Shown here one piece after another: positions 27,118 to 40,200 of a DNA stretch of 64,000 nucleotides. A program made the position numbers and the translations under genes. Under the pieces are notes generated by a model, which had not been told where the DNA came from, searched no databases, and saw only the letters and a program-made list of their open reading frames with translations. How positions within the stretch are numbered: the first letter of the stretch is position 1; each line of letters opens with the position of its first letter. Source of the stretch: Anaeramoeba ignava BMAN (taxonomy: Eukaryota > Protista > Anaeramoebae); the NCBI GenBank assembly GCA_028826165.1, contig JAPDFW010000077.1, positions 186,001 through 250,000 on the forward strand. Reading direction: 5' to 3'.

Positions 27118-30100
27118 TTAATTGGAAAATAAACTTTGAATCCATTTAATATAATTATAATCATTTTCTTCTTTAGGGAGATGATTTCTCAAGAAATCGG
27201 CATCTTTCTTTGAGAAAAAAAGATTAATTTCATTATCAGTGATTAAACCTTTCAATTTATTTTGAGATAAAAACCAAAATAAACGGAGAATTTGATATTT
27301 AGATTCAGTTTGAAAAGAAAACGAATCAACAAGTTGTGCAAAATTTTCAAATTCAAAAACACCTGAATAAGATTGATCGAGACGATCAATAAAGGATTTC
27401 ATGATATTTAGCATTGAACCGCCATCCAAACTTTTCAAACACTTTGCAAATGAAAATTTATCCAAAACTCCTTTTGAACCAGAATAGTAGTCATATAAAT
27501 CTCTTCTTCCTTTAATTTTCCTCTCGTCAAAATTGCGAATTTTTGATTCCAAAATGGCATTTGTGAGAATTTCCTTTTGTTTTGATGAATAATTAAGTAG
27601 TTGCTCATAAACTTGATTGAGTTCTTGAGCAATAAATGAGTTGTAAGGATTATTCACGATATTTTGGTTTCTCAAATAAACTTCCAAATAAATCAAGTCG
27701 TTAATTTGCTTTTTATTTTCATTCAAACTTGAATTGATTGCTTTAATTTCATCCAATTTTTCTTCAAATTCGCCCGAAATTTCTGATAATAATTTTTTTG
27801 TTTTTTGCAAATATTGATTGAAAGCATCTGCTTTGCGCATAAAATCCATGCGTTTTGTTTCCAGATATTCCTGCTGTTTGCTATCAATGTGGATTTCTTT
27901 TGGGAATAATTGCATTTTGGAATAAAATAATCCTTCTCGATGATTTTCTTCAAATAAAAGAATGTTCCATTTTTCTTTCACTTTTTGCACACTTTTTCCT
28001 TTTGGAATAAATTTAGGCTGTTTATTGCATTTCAGCCTCCTTTCAATCAAGCGGTAAAGAATTTGCAACGTTTTCATCTCATTCAATATGTTTTGTTTTT
28101 CTTCTTTTTTATATCTCACGAATTCCAAAAAGGATTTCAACGCTTCTTCTTTTGAATTTCCAAAGCCTTTGCTTTTTAATTCTTGAGTTTTATTGGCGAT
28201 CCAGTTGAGAATATTTTGTGCTAATTGTTCATATTTGATTTTAAGTTTGGAAGTTGTTTTTATAAACTGAATAAAATACGGAATTTTTTTCTTTGCTTTT
28301 TCTTGTTTTGCTTCGACATTAAAATGGTGAAAAATTTCTGTTAAATAAATCATAATAGATTTTGGATCAGGATTTTTAATCATCAAATCATCACTTTCCA
28401 AAAGTTGTTCAATTCCAATTTTTTTAGCAGCTTGGAATGCAATTTCCAAATTTTCCTTTATATTTTTAGGATCCAATGAGTCGAAATCAATTGAAGATGG
28501 ACTATAACGATGAATAATAGCTGCAAATGCTAATCCATCTTTCCAACTTGTTGTGAAATCGTGGACATCCACGTTTGCATATCCTTGTGTTTGTTTTCCA
28601 CACCATAAAAGGAGTATATCCTGTTTGGGTGTAAAATCTTCTTCTATTATTTCCTCGATTGAAAATTGGAATATAATTGATAATATTATTTCTGTTGTTA
28701 TTTGTATGTTTTTGTCTACAATATCTTCTGCTCCGACATTTATAAATTTGATTTTTTTGATTTTTTCGATTTTTTCGATTGCAATTTTTAAGTTATCAAT
28801 TTTTTGATTTCTTGTTTGAGGATTTTTATTATATTTTTGGATTCTTTTTTTTTATCAAAATGAATAAAAATATAAATTTATATTTATAAGTAAATTTTTT
28901 CAGAATTGATTTGAAAATTTATAAGTAAATTTTTTCAGAATTGATTTGGAAATTTAAAAGCAAATTTTTTCAGAATTGATTTGAAAATTTAAAAGCAAAT
29001 TTTTTCAGAATTGATTTGAAAATTTAAAAGTAAATTTTTTCAGAATTGATTTGGAAATTTATAAGTAAATTTTTTCAGAATTGATTTGAAAATTTGTAAG
29101 TAAATTTGTAAGTAAATTTGTAAGTAAATTTGTAAGTAAATTTGTAAATAAATTTAAAAGTAAATTTAAAAGTAAATTTGTAAGTAAATTTTTTCAGAAT
29201 TGATTTGAAAATTTGTAAGTAAATTTATAAGTAAATTTATAAGTAAATTTATAAGTAATTTTGTAAGTAAATTTGTAAGTAAATTTGTAAATAAATTTAT
29301 AAGTAAATTTATAAATAAATTTATAAGTAAATTTGTAAGTAAATTTGTAAATAAATTTGTAAGTAAATTTATAAGTAAATTTATAAATAAATTTGTAAAA
29401 TAAATTTATAAGAAGTAAATTTGTAAATAAATTTATAAATAAAGAAATAAATTTATGAAATAAATTTATAAATAAATTTATAAATAAATTTATAAATAAA
29501 TTTATAAATAATTTTTATAAATAAAAATTTTTATAAAATATAAATTTATAAATAATAAATTTATAAATAAATTTGTAAGTAAATTTGTAAATAAATTTGT
29601 ATAAGTATAAATTTGTAAATAAATTTATAAATAAATTTGTAAATAAAATTTATAAATAAATTTATAAATAAATTTATAAATAAATTTATAAAATAAATTT
29701 ATAAATAAATTTATGAAATAAATTTATAAAATAAATTTGTAAGTAAATTTGTAAAAATAAAATTTGTAAAAATAAATTTATAAATTTATAAATAAATTTA
29801 TAAATAAATTTATAAAGTAAATTTGTAAGTAAATTTTTAAATAAATTTATAAGGTAAATTTGTAAATAGAATTTGTAAATAAATTTTAAATAAATAAGAG
29901 CAAATTTGTAAAATAAATTTGTAAAATAAATTTATAAATAAATTTGTAAAAGTAAATTTATAAAGTAAATTTATAAGTAAATTTATAAATTAAATTTGTA
30001 AAATAAATTTATAAGTAAATTTATAAGTAAATTTATAAATAAATTTATAAATTGTAAAAAGTAAATTTATAAAAGTAAATTTAAAAATAAATTTATAAAG

Positions 30101-30859
30101 CAAATTTATAAGTAAATTTATAAAGTAAAATTTATAAATAAATTTATAAGTAAATTTATAAGTAAATTTATAAATAAATTTATAAATAAATTTATAAAAT
30201 AAAATTTATAAAATAAATTTATAAGTAAATTTATAAGTAAATTTATGAGAGTAAATTTGTAAAATAAATTTGTAAAGTAAATTTATAAGTAAATTTGTAG
30301 AAATAAATTTATGAAGTAAATTTATAAGTAAATTTATAAGTAAATTTATAAGTAAATTTATAAGTAAATTTATAAGTAAATTTATAAAGTAAATTTATAA
30401 ATAAATTTATAAGTAAATTTATAAGTAAATTTATAAATAAATTTATAAATAAATTTATAAGTAAATTTATAAATAAATTTATAAATAAATTTGTAAGTAA
30501 ATTTGTAAGTAAATTTATAAATAAATTTAAAAGTAAATTTGTAAATAAATTTGTAAATAAATTTGTAAATAAATTTATAAGTAAATTTGTAAGTAAATTT
30601 GAAGGAATGAATGATTTACGGTTCACAAGTTATATCTTCAACTAATTTAATAAATTTTAATCCATCTTCAAGTTCTTCTAAATCTGTAATTGATTCTCCT
30701 GTTTTTTTTAAATATTTATTTACCCATCTTAAACAAACCTTAATTGAAAATTTTTATTATTTATTTTTATTATTTTTATTTATTATTATTATTTTTTACT
30801 TGTTTTTGAGTTTTAAAAGAATCAGTTGAAATTTCATCTAAAATTGTTTTTTTTATCAT
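27118..30859 (-). CDS. Short alpha-actinin-like protein (CH-CH, ~2 spectrin repeats, degenerate EF hands), ~634 aa; exons 30859-30800, 30738-30620, 28843-27118
   Basis: LRWVNKYL..ITDLEELEDGLK, DFTTSWKDGLAFAAIIH, PDPKSIMIYL. The C-terminus aligns with the giant paralogue. Confidence 0.88.
28870..30600. repeat. Short-actinin intron 2 (28844-30619, 1776 nt) filled with (TAAATTT(A/G)TAA(G/A))n
   Basis: 12-nt array preceded by longer AAATTTTTTCAGAATTGATTTG units. Confidence 0.93.
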
Positions 30860-30962
30860 TTAATTATTTAATTATTTTTTATTTGGAAAAAAAAAATGAA
30901 AAACAAATTTTTCATTTTTTTTTCATTTTTTTTCATTTTTTTTCATTTTTTTTCATTTTAAA
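30860..30962. promoter_or_regulatory. Compact bidirectional promoter with tandem TCATTT initiator-like motifs
   Basis: 103 nt between divergent ATGs, with five TTCATTTT copies directly before the MePCE ATG. Confidence 0.55.
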
Positions 30963-32268
30963 ATGAATCAAGAAAATCAACAAAATCAAAGAAATAAAAG
31001 AAATAAAAGAAAAGATCAAAAACCAAGAATTCAAAAAAATCAAAAACAACAACCAAAAAAATTTAAAACAAAAACAAAAAAAAATCAAAATAAAAAAAAT
31101 GAATTTATTTTCGGAAATTATTCAAGATATTATGGATATCGTTTAGTAAATCAAGAAAAGGATCCAAGAATCAATATTTTACCATCAAAATTATTTGAAG
31201 GGAAAAATTGTTTAGATATTGGTTGTAATTCTGGATTTCTTACATTAAAAATTGGTAATTAAAATTAAAACTAAAAAGGAAAAAAATTTAAATTGAGAAA
31301 AAAAAATAAAAAAAATAAAAAAAATACAAAAATTAACAATTATAATTAATAATTCTTTATTTGAAATAATAGCTTATAATTATAATGTGAAATCAATGGT
31401 TGGAATAGATATTGATAATTCTTTAATAAATAAAGCCAAAATTCGGAACAGAAAAAAAAAGGAAAAAATTAAAAATAAATTCATTCAAGAAAAAATCAAA
31501 GAAAAATTAAAAACTGAATATGGATTTACAAAAGTTCCATTATCTTTTTTAGTTAATAAAGATTTAATTGAAATGATTGAAGAAGATGAAAAGAAGAAAA
31601 TGATAGAAAATGAAGAAATACAAATGCCTAATATTGAATTTCGGCAAGAAAATTTTTTAGATAATTTAGAAATTAAAGAAAAATTTGAAGTTATTTTATG
31701 TTTAAGCGTTACAAAATGGATACATTTGAATTGGGGAGATTTAGGAATTAAAAAAATGTTTCGAAAAATTTATGATTCTTTGGAAGTTAATGGATTATTT
31801 ATTTTAGAACCGCAACCTTTAAAATCTTATATCAAAAGAAAAAAAATGAATTCTAAATTTGCTCATCATTTTAAGAGAATGAAACTTCCACCAGAAGAGT
31901 TTGAAACATTTTTAACTAAAGAAATGGGATTTATTTTAAAATCTAAATTAGATGTTCCTCATCCTTCTACTGGATTTTCTCGAAATATTTATATTTATGA
32001 AAAATCAAAAGAATTAAAAGAATTACAAGAATTACAACAAGAATCAAAAGAATTAAAAGAATTAAAAGAATTACAAGAAGAATTACAAGAATCAAAAGAT
32101 TCTAAAGAATTAAAAGAATTACAAGAATTACAAGAATTACAACAAGAATCAAAAGAATTAAAAGATTTAAAAGAAGAATTAAAAGATTTAAAAGAAGAAT
32201 TAAAAGATTTTAAAGATTTAAAAGAACAATTAAAAGATTTTAAAGATTTAAAAGAACAATTAAAATAA
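30963..32268 (+). CDS. Bin3/MePCE-family RNA methylphosphate capping methyltransferase, ~395 aa; exons 30963-31254 and 31373-32268
   Basis: FGNYSRYYGYR, DPR, LDIGCNSG, GIDID..LI..A, CLSVTKWIHLNWGD.G, ILEPQP..SY, GFSR. K/E/L/Q repeat tail. Confidence 0.93.
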
Positions 32269-33990
32269 TAATTAAAATAATAATTAAAATAATAATTAAA
32301 ATAATAATTAAAATGATAATTAAAATAATAATTAAAAGATTTTAAAGATTTAAAAGAACAATTACAAGAATCAAAAGATTTAAAAGAATTACAACAAGAA
32401 TTACAAGAATCAAAAGAATTAAAAGATTTAAAAGAAGAATTAAAAGATTTAAAAGAAGAATTAAAAGATTTTAAAGATTTAAAATAATATTTAAAATAAT
32501 ATTTAAAATAATATTTAAAATAATAATTAAAATAATAATTAAAATAGTATTTAAAATAATAATTAAAATAATAATTAAAATAATAATTAAAATAATATTT
32601 AAAATAATATTTAAATCAAAATTAAAATAATAATTAAAATAATAATTAAAATCAATATTTAAAATAATAATTAAAATAATAATTAAAATAATATTTAAAA
32701 TAATATTTAAAATAATATTTAAAATAATATTTAAAATAATATTTAAAATAATATTTAAAATAATATTTAAAATAATATTTAAAATAATATTTAAAATAAT
32801 ATTTAAAATAATATTTAAAATAATAATTAAAATAATAATCAAAATAATAATCAAAATTAAAATGATAATTAAAATAATATTTAAAATAATAATTAAAATA
32901 ATAATTAAAATAATATTTAAAAATAATATTTAAAATAATATTTAAATCAAAATTAAAAAAATATTTAAAATAATATTTAAAATCAATATTTAAAATAATA
33001 ATTAAAAATAATATTTAAAATAATAATCAAAATAATAATCAAAATTAAAATAATATTTAAAATCATAATTAAAAATAATATTTAAAATCATATTTAAAAT
33101 AATAATTAAAATAATAATTAAAATAATATTTAAAAATAATAATTAAAATAATAATTAAAATAATATTTAAAATAATATTTAAAATAATAATTAAAATAAT
33201 AATTAAAATAATATTTAAAATAATATTTAAAATAATAATTAAAATAATAATTAAAATAATATTTAAAATAATAATTAAAATAATAATTAAAATAATATTT
33301 AAAAGATTTAAAAGAATTACAAGAATCAAAAAGATTTAAAATAATAATTAAAAAATAATATTTAAAATAATATTTAAAATAATAATTAAAATAATATTTA
33401 AAATAATATTTAAAATAATAATTAAAAATAATAATTAAAATAATATTTAAAATAATATTTAAAATAAAAATCAAAATTAAAATAATATTTAAAATCAATA
33501 TTTAAAATAATATTTAAAATAATATTTAAAATAATATTTAAAATAATATTTAAAAATAATATTTAAAATAATAATTAAAATCAATATTTAAAATAATAAT
33601 TAAAATCAATATTAAAAATAATATTTAAAAATCAAAAATTAAAATTATATTTAAAATAATATTTAAAATAATATTTAAAATAATAATTAAAATAATAATT
33701 AAAAATAATATTTAAAATAATATTTAAAATAATAACTAAAATAATAATTAAAATAATAATTAAAATAATAATTAAAATAATATTTAAAATAATATTTAAA
33801 ATAATATTTAAAATAATAATTAAAATAATAATTAAAATAATAATTAAAATAATATTTAAAATAATATTTAAAATAATATTTAAAATAATTAAAATCAAAA
33901 TTAAAATAATAATTAAAATAATATTTAAAATAATTAAAATCAAAATTAAAATAATATTTAAAATCAATAATTAAAATAATAATTAAAATA
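32260..33990. repeat. 12-nt satellite (AAAATAAT(A/T)(A/T)TT)n between convergent genes
   Basis: Tandem array interleaved with islands of the MePCE coding repeat. Confidence 0.93.
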
Positions 33991-34273
33991 GAATAAAATA
34001 GAATTGTTTTTGAATTGAATTTTGATTTTTAAATTATTTTAAAATTGTTTTCGATTTCAAAGCGTTTTTATTAAACGCAAAAAAAAGAAAAGAAAAAGAA
34101 AAGAAAAAAAAAAGAAAAGAAAAAGAAAAAGGAAATTTCAATCAAACAACAACATTAAACAAAACAAGAAGTGAAAGAAAAAGAGAAAAAAAAGTTATTT
34201 GAAAGAGAAAAGAAAAAGGAAAAGATGTTGTTGTTTTTGAAAGAAAAAAAAAAAAGAAGAAGAAGAAGGAAAA

Positions 34274-37200
34274 TCATCTGTTGAAAGCTTCATCAGTCCA
34301 ACTTTCATAATTATAACCTTCACCTTGAGGAGTCATATGTTGTTTGAAATAATCGACTTGTTCTTGAGGGAAATAGTCTCTCATTTCGGATTCAGTAATA
34401 ACAGGAGGATTTTTAGATAAATCTCTGAAAGATTCAAGAATTTGTTCTTTAGTATCCATATCAACGGTTCTTGAAGCCATAAAACGAACAAATTCATCAA
34501 ATTCCATTTTGCCTGATTTGTCAGTTTCGAATGAATCGAAAACTTTTGCAATCTCTCCATCAGTCATGTGTTCACCAAGACCTTTAAGACAACCAGAGAA
34601 GGAAAGTTTATCAAGAGCACCGTTTGTTTTTGCAAAGTGGTCAAAGACTTCACGGAATTCTTTCATCTGTTGATCCGTGACTTTCTTGCCTTGAGATTCT
34701 AAAATTGTGTTTGTGATTGTTTCTTGCAATTTGTTGGAATAGTTCACAAGCTCTTCGTAAGCTTGTTTGCTTGATTGCGCAGTGAATGTTGTATATGGAT
34801 TGTTGAGGATATGATGTTTCTCCAAGTTTGCGCCAAGTGAGATCAACTCTTCGAGATTATCTTCCTTTTTGAGTAATTCTGAATGATATTTCTTGATTTT
34901 ATCCAATTGTTCTGATGGTGAACCTGTGACTTCTGTGATTGATTTCTTTGTTTTTTCCAAAAATTCGTTGAAATGATTTGCTTTTTCTGCGAATTTTTTT
35001 CTTTTGTCTTCATGTTTCTCTTGTTTCTTTTTATCCTTTTCAAGATCCTTTTTACGTTCATCAATCAACTGGTCAATTTCGTTCCATCTTTCGGTTACAG
35101 TTTCAATCGGCAATCCAGAGAAGTTTGTGATGTTTGCTTCTGTCATCTTCTTTGCAAGTTCCTGAAGTTCTTCGTAATCTTTTTCTTTGTCATCCTTGTT
35201 CTTGAAAAAATCGTGGAAATCTTTTGTTAATTCTTCGTTATCTTTGGGTGTTGTTGATGTGATTGGGTCTGTTGTTTTTTCATGTGCAATGTCGAGCCAT
35301 GTGTTCAAGCTTTGTGATTTGGATGCGTATTCTTGGATCATTTCCTCCTTGCGTCTTTGCTCTTCCCATTCCTTCTGTAATTGTGCTGCTCGCTCTTTCA
35401 TCTTCTTTTCTTCTTCGATTGATGCTAACAAGTTCTTAACATAATTATCATACCATTTCTTTTTTGTTGTTAAGATTTGGATGTCAAACTCAGTGTGTTT
35501 GTTTTGAACAATTTCCATTGATTTGGCTTCATCATCAATCTGGACAAGTTTCTCAAACATTTCATTCGCATCTGTTCCTTCGTTGTAGATCTTTTTGACT
35601 TCCTCGATCTTTTCTTCTGGTTCACCTTGAACTTGATCAAGTTGTTGTTTCTTTTGATCTAAGAATTTGACAAATTCATCAGCATGTTTTGCAAATTCAA
35701 TTCTTTTATCTAAAAAATAAAAAATAATAAAAATTAAAAATTAAATAAATTTTTCCAATAACAAGACAATAAATAAAAATGATAAAAAAAATTTTAAATA
35801 ACATGAAAATAAAAATAAAAATAAAAATAAAATTAATTACCTTCCATTGCTTGTTGACGTGCAAGTTCAGTTTCATAAGCATTTGTTCTGTTTTGAATTG
35901 CTTCCATTAAATCATTATGTGAGGATTTAACATCTTCAATTGTTAATCGAGTATAACGATTATCTGCAACTTTCAATTCGGTAAGTTGATTTGAAAGATT
36001 TTCCAATTCAGTCTTGGATTCTTCTGATTTTGTTGTCATTTCTTTATTTTTAGATTCAAGAACTTCCTTGAAATTTTGAACTTCTTCCAAAGAACTTCCG
36101 AAATGAGCATCTCTGCATTCAGCAATGGATTTAGAGCACCAAAGACGATAAGCACCTGCTTTTTCAGCAAATTCTTTACGAAGAGCATCTTTATTTTCTT
36201 CTAATTTGAGTGATTCTTCCAAACTGTTTTTCTTGGTGTCATGTAATTCGAACAAACTCTTCCAATGTTCTTCCAATTTATTCATTCGATCTTCAACTTC
36301 ATCAATTTTGTGATAATTTAATTCTTTCAAATCTTTCGCCATTTCTTTTAATTGATCAACTTGTTTTTCTGAATAATCTAAATCTTTCTTGAAATTATCA
36401 AGTTTTCTCAATTGAATTTGTGCTGCTCGAAGAGTTTGAATATCCTCTTCAGTTTTTAAATACTTCTCTTGTTTTTCATTCCATTTCTCCATCTTGGCAG
36501 CTCTTTCATGGAATTTCTTTTGGATATCATCGCATTTCTCTTGTCTTACTAATTCGGTGTTGATGTCTTTCTTTCTTGCTTCTTCGACTTCAAGTAATTC
36601 TTTCCATTTCTCATCCAAATCTTTTGGTGATAATCCTTCAGGATGTGCAAATTCAGGTCTGTGATAAGGAAGAGATTTCATGTATCCATTAATATTATCT
36701 GATCTGTTGAAAAGTGATGATTTTTGAGCTGATTTTTCTGAATGTTGAGTACTCATAAATTCAGTCAATTCTGAATTCTTAGCAATTGCTCCTTCAAGTG
36801 TGTTATCAAATTCTCTTTCTTTTAATTTCTCAATCATTCCATTAACTTCATCCATCCATTTCTTTGCTTGTTCTTCGTAATCTTTCTTTTGTCTCAATTC
36901 TTCTTTCATTGCTGAGATGTACTCCTCAACATAAACATCAACATCTTGCTTTCTTTTGGCTGCTCAAAGAAGGTAATGTGTGTTTAGTGTATTTGTTATC
37001 AGCAATTCCATGATCTTTTAATTCGTTATCAATTGCTTCAACTTTAGCTAATTCTTCTTTGCTTGGATTTCCTTCTTGATAAATTTCATTAATTGCTTCA
37101 ATTAATGGTTCAGGTTCTCCAGTTAATGCATTGATTTCTTCAACATGTTTTTCAAGATATTTCAAAAATTCTTCAGCTGCATCTGCAAATTCTTTTCGTT

Positions 37201-40200
37201 TTTCATCCATCTTTTCAAGAGCATCTTCAAGTCTCTTCTTTTTGATATCATGTAATCCAAATAAACTCTTCCAATGTTCTTCTAATTTATTCATTCGATC
37301 TTCAACTTCATCAATTTTGTGATAATTTAATTCTTTTAATTTTTTCGCTCTTTCCTTAAGTTTTTTGATTTGTTTTTCTGAATGATCTAAATCTTTCTTG
37401 AAACTCTCCAATTTATTAGTTTGGGTTTGTGCAGCTCTAAATTTATGAATATCCTCTTCAGTTTTTAAATACTTCTCTTGTTTATCAACCCATTTCTCTA
37501 ATTTTCCAGCTTCATCATGGAATTTCTTTTTAATATCATCGCATTTCTCTTGTCTTGTTAATTCTGTGTCGATGTCTTTCTTTCTTTCTTCTTCGACTTC
37601 AAGTAATTCTTTCCATTTCTCATCCAAATCTTTTGGTGATAATCCTTCAGGATGTGCAAATTCAGGTCTGTGATAAGGAAGAGATTTCATATAACCATTA
37701 ATATTATCTGATCTGTTGAAAAGTGATAATTTTTGAGCTGATTTTTCTGAATGTTGAGTACTCTTATATTCAATAAATTCGGAATTCTTAGCAATTGCAC
37801 CTTCAAGAGTGTTATCAAATTCTCTTTCTTTTAATTTCTCAATAATATCATTCACTTCTTGCATCCATTTCTTTGCTTCTTCTTCGTAATCTTTCTTTTG
37901 TCTCAATTCTTCTTTCATTGCTGAGATGTAATCTTCAACATAAACATCAACATCTTGATTTCTTTTGGCTGATAAAGAAGGTAATGTGTGTTTGGTGTAT
38001 TTGTTATCAGCAATTCCCATTTTCTTCATTTCAGCATCAATTTCAGCAACTTTTTCCAATTCAGCTTTGCTTGGATTTCCTTCTTGATGAACTTCTTTAA
38101 TTGCTTCAATTAATGGTTCAGGTTCTCCAGTTAATGCATTGATTTCTTCAACATGTTTTTCAAGATATTTCAAGAATTCTTCAGCTGCATCTGCAAATTC
38201 TTTTCGTTTCTTATCCATTCGTTCAGAGGAAGTTTCAAGTCTTTCCTTTTTGGTATCATGTAATCCAAATAAACTCTTCCAATGTTCTTTTAATTTATCC
38301 ATTCGATCTTCAACTTCATCAATTTTGTGATAATTTAATTCTTTCAGTTTTTTCGCCATATCTTTTAATTTATCAATTTGTTTTTCTGAATTATCTAAAT
38401 CTTTCTTGAAATTCTCCAATTTATTCATTTGAGTTTGAGCAAGATGAATTGTGTGAACATCTTCTTCAGTTTGTAAATATTTCTCTTGTTTATCAACCCA
38501 TTCTTCCATTTTTCCAGCTTCATCATGGAATTTCTTTTGGATTTCATCACATTTTTGTTGTCTTGATAATTCATTAGCAATATCTTCTTTTCTTGATTTT
38601 TCAATTTTAATCAATTCATCCCATTTCTCATTCAAATCTTTTGGTGATAATCCTTCAGGATGTGCAAATTCAGGTCTGTGATAAGGAAGAGATTTCATGT
38701 ATTTATTAATGTTGTTTGATAAAGTAAGTAATCCAACTTTTTGAGCTGATTTTTCTGAATGTTGAGTACTCATATATTCAATAAATTCTGAATTCTTAGC
38801 AATTGCACCTTCAAGAGTGTTATCAAATTCTCTTTCTTTTAATTTCTCAATAATATCATTCACTTCTTGCATCCATTTAGTTGCTTGTTCTTTGTATGAA
38901 TTTTTTTCTTTTAATTCTTCTTCCATTGCTGAAATGTATTTCTTAACATAAACATCAACATCTTGATTTCTTTTGGCTGTCAAAGAAGATAATGTGTGTT
39001 TAGTGTATTTGTTATCAGCAATTCCCATTTCTCTTAATTCTTTATCAATTGCTGCAACTTTAGCTAATTCTTCTTTGCTTGGATTTCCTTCTTGATGAAC
39101 TTCTTTAATTGCTTCAATTAATGGTTCAGGTTCTCCAGTTAATGAATTGATTTCTTCAACATGTTTTTCAAGATATTTCAAGAATTCTTCAGCTGCATCT
39201 GCAAATTCTTTTCGTTTTTTGTCCATCTTGTCAAGAGCATCTTCAAGTCTCTTCTTTTTGATATCATGTAATCCAAATAAACTCTTCCAATGTTCTTCTA
39301 ATTTATTCATTCGATCTTCAACTTCATCAATTTTGTGATAATTTAATTCTTTCAGTTTTTTCGCCATATCTTTTAATTTATCAATTTGTTTTTCTGAATG
39401 ATCTAAATCTTTCTTGAAATTCTCCAATTTATTCATTTGGGTTTGAGCAAGATGGATTGCATGAACATCTTCTTCAGTTTGTAAATATTTCTCTTGTTTA
39501 TCAACCCATTTCTCTAATTTTCCAGCTTCATCATGGAATTTCTTTTGGGTTTCATGACAATTTTGTTGTCTTGTTAATTCGGTGTTGATGTCTTTCTTTC
39601 TTGCTTCTTCAACATCAATCAATTCATCCCATTTGTCATTTAAATCTTTTGGTGATAATCCTTCAGGATGTGCAAATTCAGGTCTGTTATAAGGAAGTAA
39701 TTTCATGTATCCATTGATGTTGTTTGATAAAGTAAGTAATCCAACTTTTTGAGCTGATTTTTCTGAATGTTGAGTACTCATATATTCAATAAATTCTGAA
39801 TTCTTAGCAATTGCACCTTCAAGAGTGTTATCAAATTCTCTTTCTTTCAATTTCTCAATAATATCATTCACTTCTTGCATCCATTTAGTTGCTTGTTCTC
39901 CATAATATTTCTTTTGTCTCAATTCTTCGTTCATTGCTGAGATGTATTTCTTAACATAAACATCAACATCTTGATTTCTTTTGGCTGTCAAAGAAGATAA
40001 GCTGCTTGTTGTATATTTGTTATCAACAATTCCCATTTCTCTTAATTCTTTATCAATTGCTTCAACTTTAGCTAATTCTTCTTTGCTTGGATTTCCTTCT
40101 TGATGAACTTCTTTAATTGCTTCAATTAATGGTTCAGGTTCTCCAGTTAATGAATTGATTTCTTCAACATGTTTTTCAAGATATTTTAAGAATTCTTCAG

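Noticed and set aside
6492-32268. CDK9-like kinase and MePCE as a P-TEFb/7SK gene cluster
   Set aside because: They are more than 20 kb apart with unrelated genes between, and no 7SK-like RNA is recognisable.
32263-32340. TAA reassigned to Glu/Gln (alternative genetic code)
   Set aside because: Conserved genes (Rab1, RPL15, DCAF7) end in TAA at the expected position, and no in-frame TAA occurs within conserved domains.
36938-36970. Programmed frameshift or two separate actinin genes
   Set aside because: Relative to sister units (TTG ACA GCC) there is one extra base (TTG AGCA GCC) and no slippery site. An assembly error or private mutation is simpler.
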